This document shows, piece by piece, positions 1 through 14,434 of a stretch of DNA of 64,000 bases (positions within the stretch are counted from its first letter, which is position 1; every line of letters starts with the position of its first letter). The position numbers and the translations under genes were made by a program. This DNA is from Calcarisporiella thermophila CBS 279.70 (taxonomy: Eukaryota > Fungi > Calcarisporiellomycota). The stretch covers positions 598,840-662,839 of the forward strand of contig NW_027192202.1 in assembly GCF_041956535.1 (NCBI RefSeq), read 5' to 3'. Under the pieces are notes generated by a model. It was not told the DNA's origin and did not search any database. It was given only the letters and a program-made list of their open reading frames with translations.

Positions 1-299
1 CTTAAGGGCCGAGCGAAATTGCGTTGTTTCACAAATCCCTATTTATTTTCTTGCAATCGAGGTAATTGACGCAGGGGTCTTATAAGGATGGCTCAATACC
101 AATTATCCTTCATAAGCAAACATATGGGGAATAGACATATAGAAAAATAGTAAGGGGAGATAAAGCGATGTCCATGATGTTTGCAGTTCATACTCAGTGA
201 AACCTCCGAGCCGGGAAGTCGACCCACGCATATTTATACTTCAATCAATGTCTATCGAAATTCTCTTGCATTCCTCCTTCTTTTTCTTCACAATAGAAT

Positions 300-1841
300 A
301 TGAGTTTTCTTGCATATACGCTAGCAGCTGTACAAGTAAGTATTCTTCGACTCCTCGGGGTGAAGAAACAGTTTGATTCAACCTCTACTTTTTCAGGCAC
401 TATGTCAAGTCGTGATCATGGTTGCTGGCGGCCATTTGCTGGCGCGCAAAGGGTTTCTCTCAAAGGGGAATCAGAAGGTGAACATTTTTCAAGTCTTACT
501 TTAGGTACATTATCATCATATTTACTTTCTGTGCTTAGGTTCTTTCCAATATCAATATCTATCTCTTCACTCCTTGTCTACTCTTCACAAAAATGGCACA
601 GGTCCTATCGCTCGAAAAATTTCTAGAGTTCTGGCCTATTCCCGTGATATACTTTGCGTTCTTGCTATGCAGCTGGACAGTCGCGCAATTGGGCGGTCGC
701 CTATTACGCTTTACTCCCTCCCAGATCAAATTCTGTACTGCCGCTATTATTTTTTCAAATTCGAATAATCTACCCATTGCGTTGATGCAGAGTCTGGCAT
801 TTAGCAAAGCGGGGGAAATCTTAATGAGGGACGGGGATGTAAACCAGGAAGAAATAGAAGCACGGTAATATTCATTATTCAGGATAGAGATTTTAAATGA
901 AGTTTTTGACTCTGGCTTTTGATCAAATTAGGAGTATATCTTACATTCTCTTTTTCGCAATTTTCGGGAACATTTTGCGGTGGTCATATGGATACAGTCT
1001 AATCTCAGCAGAGAAAAAATCTCCTGATGAGCAGGATGCCACCCCAGAGCAAACACTACCGGTAGCAAGCAGTGGATTAACTGCAACCCCAGCAAGCTCT
1101 CAGGACACACTAACAATATTTGTTGAGGAGAAAAACAAGAACACTACTGATGTTGAGACCGGCAGTTTGAACACCGCCTGCCTAGACGAAGACAATTTCG
1201 CCAATGATAGTAGCAGGAAGGGTATATACCGGCGATTTGTTTCGAATGGAAAGCATTTGCTCTCAAGATATCAAGAGAAGATACCAGCCCCACTGAAAAA
1301 AGTGACTAAGGGCTTTTTCGACTTTATGACTGCTCCATTGTGGACTGTGGTTATTGCACTTATCGTCGGCCTTACCCCCCCGCTTAAAGACTTCTTTTTC
1401 AACAAATCTTCATTCGTCTATGGGAGTTTCACTAAAGCATTAGATGAACTTGGCGCTGCATCCATTCCTCTTATTCTTGTTGGTCTTGGCGCTCAAATGA
1501 CTGGCCTATCACTTAAATCGCAAGGGGGAAATGCTGCACTGCTTCGTTTTGTCATAGTGACTAGACAATTTCTCATGCCTCTGTTCGTATTCCCGCTTAT
1601 GCTACTATTTGTGCGTGTAGTGCATACTCCACTTGCGTCTGATCCTGCTTTTGTTGTAACTATGATTGTACTTGGTTGTGCACCGACTGCGATAAATTTG
1701 GTGCAAATCTGTATGGCGGAGCAACAGTTCGAAGAGGAGATGTCGAAAATTCTCTTTTGGTCATACTGCGTATTCGGTGTACCTATAATGGTTGCAGTTG
1801 TCATGATGTCTCTGTGGATGGTTAGCATTTTGCAACTATAG
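300..1841 (+). CDS. Auxin efflux carrier (AEC/PILS, Mem_trans) family membrane transporter, 4 exons
   Basis: Spliced ORFs 300/593/897 give multiple TM helices with family motifs FSNSNNLPIAL, ISYILFFAIFGNILRWSYG, LGAASIPLILVGLGA and PTAINLVQIC; GT-AG introns link them. Confidence 0.85.
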
Positions 1842-2666
1842 TAGTTTCAAATTCTAGAAATTTTTGTATTTTTTTTTCATATCGTTTCTACACTTTGTTT
1901 TTGAAAACTTCTATTTATTTATGCATTTTATATATCTTATACATATATACACCTGCAAGCATTGTATTTATCTCTAATCAATAAAATTTATATGACTTGA
2001 TGTCAAAACACCTATAGAAATCATAAATATTTGTAATTGTCCAATACGAGGAATTAATTTCATTGAAATGAAAACTTCAGGCAGCCTTATCATCAACCCA
2101 AAGCTTTATCTAAACGATGGGTATGAAGCCGGGTCACCGGAGCTTTTCTATATGGATTGCATTATGGTGATCCTTAGCTAACAAATATTTAGTACTTCCT
2201 ATCATGGGATTTCTCATGTTGATACGCTTACTAAAACTTGGGTGGCAAGGGGAATAGAGCTCCTTGTATTTTAAACACCGAAGAGGGTACTGATATTCAT
2301 CAACTTTAATATAATATGGACTTGTAATATAAGAGCAAGGAAAATTAATTCAATGGATCGCGGAACAGTGAAGGAAACTCAACATACCTTGAAGAGCGTA
2401 ATCAGAGAAGAGGGTCTTGAGCGATTTGCTCAAAGGCTTAATATCACATTCCTCTCGGTTATATTTATATCCCTTACTGGCCAATCAAAATTATCCTGCA
2501 TGATGAAGTAGAGGGAAAATAGTAGAAAACTTCATATCGTTTATTCTTAAATGGATGTAATTAGTAGAAAAATAATTCAATGAGTAACTATGAAGTTGTA
2601 TGCTATTCTGCATAGATCTAACTCTCCAATGCATCTGTTTTTCAAAGCCCAGATCAACAGAAAATT

Positions 2667-4240
2667 ATGACGCAGTACGCGCAATCTTCTACACCATTCA
2701 AAAATGAGCAAGACAAAGAGAGGGAGTTTGAGAAGGAGCTTGATATATATTTAGAGGCACAATGGAATGATCGACGGAGATTATTCAATGAGGATGAGGA
2801 AAAATCGGCCCAAAGCTTGGATCCAGCGATGAGAATGGGAAATTCGGCTGATTTCCAATATCACCAGCAATCGGCAGCCGATGCAATGACTCGTTCGACT
2901 AGTTCAGATGAGAGGCCTGCTAGCTCATCAAAAAAGAGTAAGAAACGCAAACGTAAATATCCTGTAGATCCAAGTTGGTATCCTCCGCCTGCCGGTTTTC
3001 TCCCTTCTGGAGATGAACGGTATTATCATCATCCAAGGGCAGATACATGGTTCGACCGTAAAACTGCCGAATGGTCTGTTTATGATGGTCGATGGTATCG
3101 TGTCATTGAACCATCTACGGTGTATTCTAAGTTAGGGGCCGTCCTGCGTCTTGTTGTTACTGCATCAAATGTTCTTACTCCAGGTGGTGTAGTTTTGGTG
3201 GATGCTGAGGGTATAACAATAGGGAGGGATAGGGCCTATGCTCGGCGGCTACGATTACCGGAAATGATGACATCGAAGTTCCATTGCCAGATCTATTTTG
3301 ACCCATGCGCAGCACCTGTGATTTCCGAAGGAACCAGTGTAGGGGAAAACGATATAATAACTGCGGAAATGCATGATTGTTTTTTCATTGTTGATGTACG
3401 ACTCGTACAGTGATTTTATTATTTTCATACCATATTTAACGAAGAACTAATATTCGGATTTCCTATCTATAGGTGGGCTCGTCTCATGGCACATACAAGA
3501 ACGGTATGCGCCTCTCTATCGCAAAAAAATCTAGTGAACCTTTTCGATTGCAACACCTTGATGAAATATCAATTGGCTCCACCCGCTTTCAATGCCATTT
3601 ACACCCGCTAGACGAAGATTGCCACGTGTGTCAGATACGAGATGGCAACCAAATTAATATAGGGGATGGGGAAAAATCATCGACTACTTCCAACATATCT
3701 GAGGATACGTCTTCGCTAGCAACGACCGCACTTACAGGATCTCAGATTGTTATGGAAAAACCTCCTGTATTAAATACTACAGCTCTTTGCCAAAAAGAGT
3801 CCTTAGAGGCAAAGCGACGAGAAGAAATCCAAAGATTGAAAAGAAAATTCCAGATTGAACCAAATGACAAGCCAAAGATTGAGCCCAAAGTCAAAAAGAA
3901 GTATATTGATCGAGCGGCATTGAGAAGGGAGCGCGTTGGTATCGATCCCTATGTGCAAAGTAGAGAATTGCCGGATTCCTCGGAAGATTCAGTAAACCAA
4001 GCTGAAACGCCTGGTCCAATTAATACGGGAAATATAGGACACCGGATGCTACAGCGAATGGGCTGGGTTCAAGGGCAAAGCTTGGGTACGGGCGGAGGAA
4101 TATTGGATCCAATTGGTGTGGCGAGAAGAACAGATCGTGCTGGATTAGGTGCTGCTAACCAGACAGAATCTCACAAACAAGAGAGTTTCCAAGAAATTAC
4201 AATGCGTAAAGCAAGAGAGAGATTTATGAGTATGAAGTAA
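2667..4240 (+). CDS. AGGF1-like protein with OCRE-like, FHA and C-terminal G-patch domains
   Basis: FHA motifs ITIGRD, SKFHCQI and D-VGSSHGTY (joined across intron ~3396-3472); G-patch NIGHRMLQRMGWVQGQSLG; YIDRAALRR motif. Confidence 0.85.
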
Positions 4241-4461
4241 TAAACCTCATAAATTTCACTGTAATTTCCAGTTATATATAACAATTCTCCTACAAGATAT
4301 TTCCATTTTATGGCAATTTTGCGAGCAAAAGAAACTCTTAAAAAAACAAAGACAAAAATTAAGACTAATGTAGAAAATAGTTTAGACACACAAAAGCAAT
4401 GGCAAAAATAAATGAAATAAATTTAAAACGAAAAATAAAAAACAATAATTGATTTTTGCGC

Positions 4462-6696
4462 TCATGGTTCAAACGGAAGAATGCCAATCTATATATTTTT
4501 TTATAAAAATAAGAGCAAGATGAAAATTGTTCTACCAAATATGCAAGTAAAAAACGATTTGCTTACTGTTCCAGTGCTAAAACATGCTGCAATCTGATTT
4601 CCTTCTGCCCTCCAGCTGACGTCAAAAATGCCGCCACCAGCATTGTGTCGCCGTAACATCTTACCGTCATCAACTGACCATATAATAACATTTTCGTCGA
4701 AGGATCCACTGGCGAGATATCGGCCATCAGGACTGAAGGATACACAATAAACTGGCTGCACATGCCCTGAAAGTTTATGCAAACAACTGCCTTTTACTGC
4801 ATCCCACAAACGAATAGAAGAGTCAAAAGAACCACTACAATCCAATTCAAATATCAGCAGTGAAATTGGAAAATTTAAGTCAAAGGAGGTTACGTTGCTA
4901 AAACACGTGGGCCACTTGGATCTGTAACAGGGCACCATTTAATGGTGTATATTTCTAGTTCATGAAGCCGTAGGTCATGTAAGTAACTATCTTGAGCCAT
5001 TGACCAAATCTGAGAGAAAGATGGTAAAAATTAGTCAATTGGAAAGAAGAAAGGATAAATACTAATTTTGAGTATACCTTCAAAGTACGATCGTCGGAAC
5101 AAGAAGCTAGATATTCGCCAAGAGGATCCCATTTTATTGCATTTACCTCGCCCTATTAATAAAATAGAAGGGATCAAAACAAACGTTAGAAAATCGTTTT
5201 CTATAAAGGTATTACTTGATGACCAATAAATTTTTTAAGCGGCTTATTTCCACCGACACGGCAAACATATATGGCCTGGTCCTGAGAACAGGATGCAAAA
5301 GTGTCATTGTCAAGCCAGTCAATGTCCATGACAGGTTTTTTGTGTAGTGCTAATTGATGTATCGACTCGCCTTTTGACGAATCCCACACTATCACCAGAT
5401 TATCTGCACTGCCTGTTAATAAGTAATTTCCTTGTTTATTCCACTTGAGCGCGAAAACTGGACCGCGGTGTAAAGACATAATATGACGCAGTTCACCTAG
5501 AAGGAACAACGTGTGAATTTTCATAAATATAAGTATTAATAAAAACTGCTACCTCGGATTGTCCAGATCCTTGCTCGACCATCATATGATCCTGTTGCTA
5601 CAAGGGTACCCGCTGACTATATAATGTTTAGCTTCTATTAGGAATCACACAAGAAAACTCAATATTCATTAAATTTCTTACATTCCAATCAAGAGTGGTA
5701 ACATCTTTTTCAGATGCATTGGTAGGTAGATGACTTAAGATAATGGGTGTTGAAGGTTCAATATCTGTTGATCCTGGAACTGTCCATATACGCGCTGTTC
5801 CATCTCGGGAGCTACAAAATTTGTAAAAGATGAATAAACAATGTAATCTATGGTAATGATCTTGAAATGCGTACCCTGTCGCCAAGACAGAAGATACTGA
5901 TGGATTCCAAGCGCATACGTATACTTCATTGTCATGCCCCTTCAACTGAATTATCTCTCCCGCACCGTAATCAAGAGTAGATTGTTTTTCCCCACCATTT
6001 ACAGACAATGAAGAAAGTGCTGCAGCAGGTGTTTCCACGTCTTGCGTTACCTCTTTCATCTCCACGTCCTGAACATTCAGAGTGTCTTCAGACCTCTCTG
6101 TAACGGTCAGCGGTTGCTCTGTGTCTTCAGGTGGATTCTCGTTTTTCTCTGCACGTTGGTGTAATTTTCGCTCTTCTTTCCGGTCCCGTTTTGATTTCCT
6201 TATTGTCTCACACTTATGTTCTCTCACAAGATTGAAAGGATTGTCGCAAGGTCGTGCAGTACCATCCTAGTGAAAATATAGTAAGAAAAAAAAAATTTAA
6301 ATGAAAATGCTTACTCGCACTTTACCTCATTCAAGTGTGCTTCCACTTCCATGTACTGAAGCCCTTTCTGTAACACCGTGATTAGAGCTCCTGGCTGAAC
6401 CTTAGCTGATTTTAACAGATCTGATTTATTAATTCTTGACTCATGCTGAAACGCAAATGAAGTATGGTTGAAACCTGTGAAAAAATATATATTAATATTT
6501 AGTAAATATTATAATAAATTAGAAGTTGAAAAATATATTAAATAAAATATTTGAGAAAGAAGACAGAAAAAAAAAACTTCAAGTATAAGCTGAATTTCAT
6601 AATGATTATAAGTATATCCATAAGCGCGTGCTACATACCAGATTCTAACAAATATCGATAGATTAAGTAGTTAACTTCTTCACTAGTTAAACTCAT
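4462..6696 (-). CDS. TBL1/SIF2-like LisH + WD40 repeat protein (Set3C/NCoR-type complex)
   Basis: First exon reads [20 protein letters not shown] then FNHTSFAF (LisH); WD repeats [48 protein letters not shown]; last exon IGILPFEP*. Confidence 0.9.
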
Positions 6697-6925
6697 GATG
6701 TGGAATACGATCTATGGCTATATGCCTCGATCTGGTTAGTGGGCTGGCAGATCTAAATTGTGTATACAATCTTTTATTTTGAAATTTCCGCTCTGTGATA
6801 TTCTTGTAATTCAATCGCGGATGAGCAGAAGTAAAATAAAAGTACATCACATAAAAATTCGAATATAAGCCACTCGATTTATACCTATATTTTTATTTTT
6901 TTAGAGGATACATATAATATTGCTC

Positions 6926-7447
6926 ATGGACACGGATAGTTCGTTTACAGATATACCGAAGCAGCCAGCATTTCCGATTAAAACTCGTCAATTATCGCGT
7001 GATATATTGGGTATTCCTACAGATGTAACTATCACATCGTTCGTAGACAAAATTTGGATCCTTGTGACTCAGTTGGGCAAAGTCGGGAGTGTGGTATAAA
7101 TCAATTGCATTAATCAATATTTGATTATTCGCTCCTAAAATTGGATATAGGTTTATAATACAGTCAATACCCCTGCAAGTGCTTTCATACCAACTGGTTC
7201 AGAGGCCATTATCTCATCCTCTTTCCTATTGGGCTCTTCTACAACGATCAAAGGAGATCTATACAGAGTATATTCTTCACATATAGCTGCTGTGATTGCC
7301 TCACAAGCCCCGCACGAAAGGAGACCTATTGTAATCGCAATTGCTTTAAAAGAGGAAGAAAATGAAATGAAAGATGGGGATTACGAGCTGAGTAAACGAA
7401 AGATGATTGAGATAGTGGAATTGATAAAGGAAGGTCGGGTTTGGTAA
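6926..7447 (+). CDS. Proteasome assembly chaperone 3 (PAC3/PSMG3-like), 2 exons
   Basis: Exon 1 reads FPIKTRQ...GIPTDVTITSFVDKIWILVTQLGKVGS; exon 2 FLLG...RRPIVIAIALK; intron ~7094-7150. Confidence 0.75.
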
Positions 7448-7593
7448 ATGATGTTTGATTGGGATTTTTGAATAAAAGTCAATACTGTATTTTATTAAAT
7501 ATAAAATTTTAGAAGCATTATTAAAGAAGTACGTCTAATAGGTGAAGATATAATAAATCCAAAGAACAATATAAAATGTTCGCGTGCTTAACC

Positions 7594-9339
7594 TCATTTT
7601 CTTAACCGATATTTAATTTTTATATCGTGTGGAGGCATGACAACCATTGAAGAGTAATCTGGTTTGGGAAATTCGTCCACAAGTTCTATGTCGAAATATC
7701 GGATGAAAGTTGCTAGCACAGTTTTCACTTGGACATAAGCAAAATTCTCGCCAATACACCGGTGCCGGCCACCACCAAAAGGTAAATACGGACTTCTTGC
7801 ACTTCCACCTAAAACTTGTCCCGATTCACTCAGATCCCATTCCTTGTTATCTTCTTGCAAGGTCGCAAAATCTTTCTCGGCATTTTCACGCGTTGACGTC
7901 CAGCGCCAGGGGTTATACTTCTTTCCTTCTGTAAAATACTCTTCACTTAAGGAGGAAACCGCAGGCGCAATGGTTGCGTAATGACCAGCAGGAATAATAT
8001 GACCTGTTTTGGTGTATTCAACCGGCCGGATTACTTTACGCACCAACTGGAAAATTGGGGGATGTACCCGTAGTGTTTCGCGTACTACAGAGTCAAGCAG
8101 TTGCATCTCCTTGAGAGCTTCAAAAGTCAAAGGAGATTCAAGATCACCAAGTACCCGGATTTGTTCCTCGCGAAGCGCATTCCTTCAGATATACATGAGT
8201 CAAAAGCTATACAGAGTAAACGAAATTAAAAACTTACAAAAGTTTACGGTTTTCAGCAATACGAAGAATGGACCAGCAGCTAGTTGTTGAACTTGTATGC
8301 TGGCCACCAAAGAGCAATGCAATCAAAATGTGGGCGATTTGATAATCTGGGATGGGAGATCCGTCCTTGTACCGTTGTTCCATTAGCGATTGTACCATGT
8401 CATTATTATCCTGCAAAATTATACAAGTCAGGGAGATATGCACAACATAAAAGCTTCTTGATTAAGGATATTACAAAGTCACCCGATTCACGGCGCTTCT
8501 GCACGATACTGATAAACAAGTCAGCCATCTTTTTTTGAGCAATATCGCGGCGCCGGTAGCTTGGGAGAGGAAGATTCGGGAATAAGAAATTAATTGGTTG
8601 GAAACCCTTGTCAAGGTCATGGTAAAGCTGTGCAACGCCTTCATCAAGCTGAGCGCGAATTTCTTTTCCCATAAGGCAGCGAGATGCAGTCATGATGATT
8701 AGAGTAGCAATATCTTTGGCAATCTCCATATGACCCTCTTCATTATCCAAGTAACGTTTGATATAATCCTCAACTTCCTGTTGGATAAATCCAACATATA
8801 ATTTAAGGTTGTCAGTGGAAATGCCGGACTTGATAAATCTAGTGTTAATATATATATGTAAATTAGGTACACAAGCAAAAGAAAAACTAGCTGTTATACT
8901 TTTTTTGTTCCATGAATTTGGCATTTGGGACATCATATACTACATCTTTACCGAAAACAGGTGTTGTCATCTGTTTATAAGCCTCGTCAGCGCTTACATG
9001 TGAAATCTTGCTATTCAACACGAAATTATTTCCATCCGGCCCCATAAAATAGGTCATCCTTCGTCCAAACATGATAAATGTAAAGACTTCGCCGTATTTA
9101 GCCTGGCAATCACTGAGGAATTTAATAGGATCCATTCCAAAGCTTATCATGTTGCCGAAGAAGGGGACCCAGTGGAAAACGACGGGAGGAAGGCGAGGGT
9201 CAGGCTTGGAAAGTAACTGGGAGAGAACATTAAGTGCAATGATGGTTGTAATGCCCACAACAAAAGCCGCGGGGAAGAGAACAGTCAGTGGTAGAGGTGC
9301 ATTATGTGCCCACTTGGAGATTAACTCGCCTAGCGCCAT
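7594..9339 (-). CDS. ERG11: Sterol 14-alpha-demethylase (CYP51)
   Basis: N-terminal TM anchor, PPVVFHWVPFFG, TTPVFGKDVVYDVPN, I-helix FGGQHTS, RETLR and heme motif PFGGGRHRCIGE. Confidence 0.97.
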
Positions 9340-9755
9340 CTTATGGTATAGATTATATTCGGACGTGCAGGTGTAGAGAGAGAGCGTAAAATAAAAAATA
9401 AACAGGAGCCGAGGGTATATTTTGTTCAGTATACGCACTGTGGTTGGCTATCAAAAAATCAAACGATTGCAAACGGTTAATAACTGAGTACTATGTGAAT
9501 TTTCAGTTAAGAATCAACCTTCCAATCCCCGGCAATTGGTCGAAATTGGTTTATCCGTGTCAAATTACTTCAGTTTTCTTATTGCTAGGATTATCGGTTG
9601 TAACTTGCTGGGAATACGTTTACGTTACAGGCATTAATTCGCGTTAATTCGTGCTATAATTGGTTTCGAAGAAAACCATAAGACACTAAAGCGAACTACT
9701 TGGAGGCACTTAAGGATATTCAAGTCAAGCGTCCGCCTATTAAAATACTACTTTA

Positions 9756-9815
9756 CATAAAAGAAGCATGGGGCATAATCCGTAATCACGGATTATGCCC
9801 CATGCTTCTTTTATG
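9756..9815. repeat. Perfect inverted repeat, 28-bp arms, 4-nt loop
   Basis: cataaaagaagcatggggcataatccgt-aatc-acggattatgccccatgcttcttttatg. Confidence 0.95.
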
Positions 9816-10067
9816 ACAGAACATCTTTAGTGCAACATTTCATGTAAATTGGGTCTAATGACCTTTTTAACTGAAACGAGTAGTAGATTTGAACAAGGAA
9901 TCAAGAATAAATCGCTCAATATTTGACAAACCCAAAACTAAATTTCTCGAGGATTATAATCCGGTAGCAAAAAAGTTAATATGACTTTTCACCTCATCCT
10001 TCCGTCTCTCTCTCAATGGATTTATAAAGTATGTATTATTGGAGAAGTGAGAACTTATTCATCATAT

Positions 10068-11191
10068 TTAAAATATAATATCTTCGTCCTCGGTATTTGC
10101 TAGCATGTCTATACCTTGTGCTGATTGCGATTTAGAAGGTGAATCTTTATCCAGTACCTTTTCTGCTGTATATGAGAGCCAAATTAATCGAGTAAAAATT
10201 TAGTTTAGGCAAAATAAACTCTCACCTCCTAATTGCTGCCCTGAAGTGCTTTCTATATCGTGCTTTTCAGCATCGCGCTTCTTCTTTGATTGTACTTTTT
10301 TTAATCGGAAGAATTCCTCGCGATCCTGTTCGTCTAACTCTGAAATAATATACTGAATCGTGTTCTCATACTTTGGAATAATAACATGCTCAATCGCGTT
10401 TACACGACGGTTCGTAAGTTTGATAACCTCATCTAATATCACAAATGCAGTCTAACACAACCCCTTATTAAAATTGAAGATCCCTCAGAGCAAAAAAAAA
10501 GACACAAGAAATCAACCTGGAGGGATGCCAGTTCAACAAGAGTTTCAATTGCTTTCACATAAGCCTCTTTGCATTTTTGAACTTGTTGTCCTCCCCGACC
10601 AAGACCCGTCAACTCGAAAGCTATTCACAGGTTAATATATTTAAAAGCGAAATAATTGCAGATTCATAGCTGTAACATATACCATTTGCTCCTTCAGAAT
10701 AGCACTCGAATACTGGCAGCATTACACCGGACACGTTTTCTTGCTTGGTACGGACACGGAGTTGTGCCACTTTAGCACTCTCCTGAATCTGATAGCTATA
10801 ATGAAAAAGTTAGAGTAAATATAAAAAAACAAAGAAATGCTGAGAGTAACAGAATTACCTGATATCCCCTGTAATATAGGTTACTTCCGCCAATGAAAAG
10901 GATGCAAGCTGCAAGACCTTGCCCATTTTTCTTTTTGCCTAATGATAAAAGGTATAATCATTGATAAATTCATATATTCATATAATCAAAATAAAAATGG
11001 TGCTTAATCAATAAATAAGAAATAAATAATACTTCATCAATCTTATATAGAATGGTCCGGAATCGCTGGGTTAATGCTTCGCTTTTTCTTTTAAGCAAGC
11101 TATGGCCTGTTTGTGCCCCTTTAAGCTTAATCTTCATAGTTGTAAGAGCCATACGTGTTGGAAATATGTTTAAACGTGCACCCTGGGACAT
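10068..11191 (-). CDS. VMA8: V-type ATPase subunit D
   Basis: [31 protein letters not shown]; [22 protein letters not shown]; [17 protein letters not shown]; last exon ends EDEDIIF*. Confidence 0.96.
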
Positions 11192-12140
11192 GACTGATCA
11201 GTTATGGAATTTTCTGACAACAGTAGCTCGAGAGATGTTAGATAAATTAAAAAAAAAAAAATCAAGTTGATGTACTTCAGTTTTCGTGGTTTTACTGAAA
11301 AGGATACTTTGAGAAATCCTAATTAATTCGAATACTCCATTATTAGAATTCGAGATCAAATCTATATGAATATCTAAAAAACATATTAGAATGATGATAT
11401 CGGTATGCGAATCTTTCCTGGTAATATCAAATATTGCTGATGTATTCGAACGCTGCAATTACGATTATTAAGCATATCATACTTAATATTTGGGATACTC
11501 GTATTAACTTCAATTATATGATGTATACACAGCCTGTAAATAATATGTGCTTTAGATAGAACTTTAGTCCTTCAAAAAGAATGGTATCTAAGGTGATTGT
11601 CATGAAACTAGTTAAAGATATCAAAAATTAGAGAACCACTAATAACTGTGTTCATTTCATTAACATTAAGGAAATGAAATGGTTCTTAAAATATAGATTA
11701 AAATATCGACTCCTGCACCATCCTATATTCAGTGATGACAAATATTGCTCCACACAAAGTAATAAGATAAACTTTTCATATAGCTTGAATCATTCCAAAT
11801 AATTCACGAATCAATAAAGTGTACACTCATTAGAGTCCATGGAAAAATGGTTTATCAAAAATGCAGATATTGTATTTTACCCAATTTTAAAAATTTGAAA
11901 AAAACAATAGAAAATAACCAATCAAAAAAATAAAATTGAAAGAAAATTTAAAAAATTTGTTATTCTTTAAATTTTAAACATTTTTCCATATTTTGATTTT
12001 TTTATTTGCCCATTTTTATTTTTGCTTATAATTGAATTTTCAGTTAAAACATATTTTATTATTTAACTGAGAATTATTTAACATAAAATATAATTGAATG
12101 AGCTGCATATCGACAAATTCTAATTCAAAGAAGTGGGCAT

Positions 12141-14434
12141 TTATGGTTCTAATCGTTTAGGGTCACGCGGGAAGAGCGACGATCGACGGATATTCCCCAA
12201 TTCTAAATAGAGCATCACCACCCTCTCTAAACCGATACCTCCTCCAGCGTGGGGTGGTGCTCCATATTTAAAGGCCTCAATATATTGTTGGATGGACTGC
12301 AAGTCAACATTGTGATGCTTAGCACGCTCAATTAGAAGGGCGGGATCATGAATACGCTGTGCGCCAGATAAAATCTCTTCCCCACGCATGAAGAAGTCAT
12401 AAGAATTCGAATAAAGCGAGTTGTTTGGGTCAGGCATTGTGTAGAAAGGTCGCACAGCAAGTGGGAATTTGTCGAGTATGAAAAAATCGGTGTGATATTT
12501 TTCTTTTACGAGACGGCCAAGCTTCCGCTCATTCTCTGTCCTAAAGTATATAAAAATCGAATATATGAATTTTAGAGAATATAATAACATGAGTAAATAT
12601 CTTACGTAAGATCATCAAAATCGCCCATCTCCACGCCACTCTCTCGCAACATTTTAACTGCCTCTGGATACTCGAGCCGCAGGGTCTCAGGAAGAAATTC
12701 AAAATCTTCAAATGGGTGTTGCCGACGGATAGTTTCGATTTCACTGCGGAACTTTTCACGTATTTGCGTGAAAATATATACAAACATCTTCCCAATAAGT
12801 CCTGCCACCTCGTGATAGTGCTCTTCGAAGGCCATCTCTAAATCAAGCCCAACAAATTCGGTCATATGACGGTGGGTGTTAGAGTCTTCTGCGCGGAAAA
12901 CTGACATTGTAAAATTGGATTCATTAATTGAGCTGATGGGTGTATGGACAAATTATTCATATTTATTTACCAGGGGCAATCTCGAATACACGCTCGAAAT
13001 CAGCGCAAATGCACATTTGCTTGTAAAGCTGGGGAGATTGAGCAAGATAAGCATTTCCTATGTATATATATATATTTATACATGTAAGTATATGCTCTAA
13101 TAAGAATTGAATATAATACGAACCCTTGAAATAATTGAGCTTGAATACATTAGCTCCACCCTCTGAAGCAGTTCCGAGCAACTTGGGTGTGTGTATTTCT
13201 GTGAAGCCGTTTTCGTATAAAAAGTCGCGGAAAAACTTACAGATACCAGATTGAATACGGAAGATAGCATGGTTGGTGACAGTTCGAAGATCGATGATAC
13301 GATTGTTGAGACGAGTATCCAAATTAACCTTTACCAGAAGCGGGTCCTATAATCAAACATATAAAAAGGTAAGGTATACAATATTACTGAAACGAGTAGA
13401 TGTATTTACCTTTTTATATTCTTCTTCTGGTCGCGATGCATCTTCCAAAGAAAATGGTAAGCGGTCTTGCGTTTCACTTATAACATAGAGCTATAATATT
13501 ATTATGATTAATCTAAATAATTTAAATTAAGTGCAAAATCCGGTCACTACTTCTCGAATCTGGAGTTCCGCGTCAGAAACACTGCAGCTTTTGACCTCTT
13601 CAACAGGCTTTGCGACTTCTCCTTTCAACAGGACAATCGACTCTTCGGGAATACTATCAAAATGACGGTTAATAAACCAGTTTATGTAAAAAAAATTCGA
13701 AAGGAAGTTACTTTTGAGCATATTTAACCATTTGTTTCGAAATTCTCTCTTTATCCACGGCTATAACACCCTGTACGGTCCGATCTTGCTGGCGAAGGAT
13801 AAAGAAACACATCCTATTGCCTAAAATTTGATGGAGAAATCTTAGTAAAATACAAGCTTAGGAAAGCCACCATTAATGAGATTTATTACTAGTTGGCCTT
13901 TTTGCGTGAACTCGAGCACGGAGAGCGATTGTTTCTCCAATACGCGAAGCATTAATGTCAGTAATATTTTCGCGTTTTCCATCTTTAAAATATACCAAGA
14001 TCATGTGAATAAATCACTTAATATTCCAAAGTATAAACACTAACCCAAATAATTTTGAGATTGGTTCAAAGGCTTATTACCATACCGACCCTTCGAGATA
14101 TCCTATTTCGAAATGCAACCATCCGAACAAATTAGAATATGCTTGAGCAAAAGAATAGATTAGACTCACGATTTCTGCAGCTTCCCTAGCAGCCTTCTCG
14201 GCAGCTTCCTTTGCAGCACGCTCAGCTTTGCGCTTTTCCTTCTCACGCTCTTTTTCGAGTTTTTTCAATGCTTTCTTAGAGAGTGGATTTCCATTCTCAC
14301 TATTTAGGGGCGAATGGAAATATATATCAAACGTATATATACGAAAAATTAACTGCTTCTTACTCCAAGATTACTTCGGCAAGCTGTTCAGACATTTCCT
14401 GGATAGCGGTATCTTTATTGGCAATTTCGGCCAT
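12141..14434 (-). CDS. DPS1: Cytosolic aspartyl-tRNA synthetase, multi-exon
   Basis: [73 protein letters not shown]; Lys-rich N-terminal extension. Confidence 0.96.

Noticed and set aside
11880-12070. A-rich then T-rich tract resembling an inverted repeat
   Set aside because: Low complexity with no specific pairing; likely terminator or nucleosome-free region
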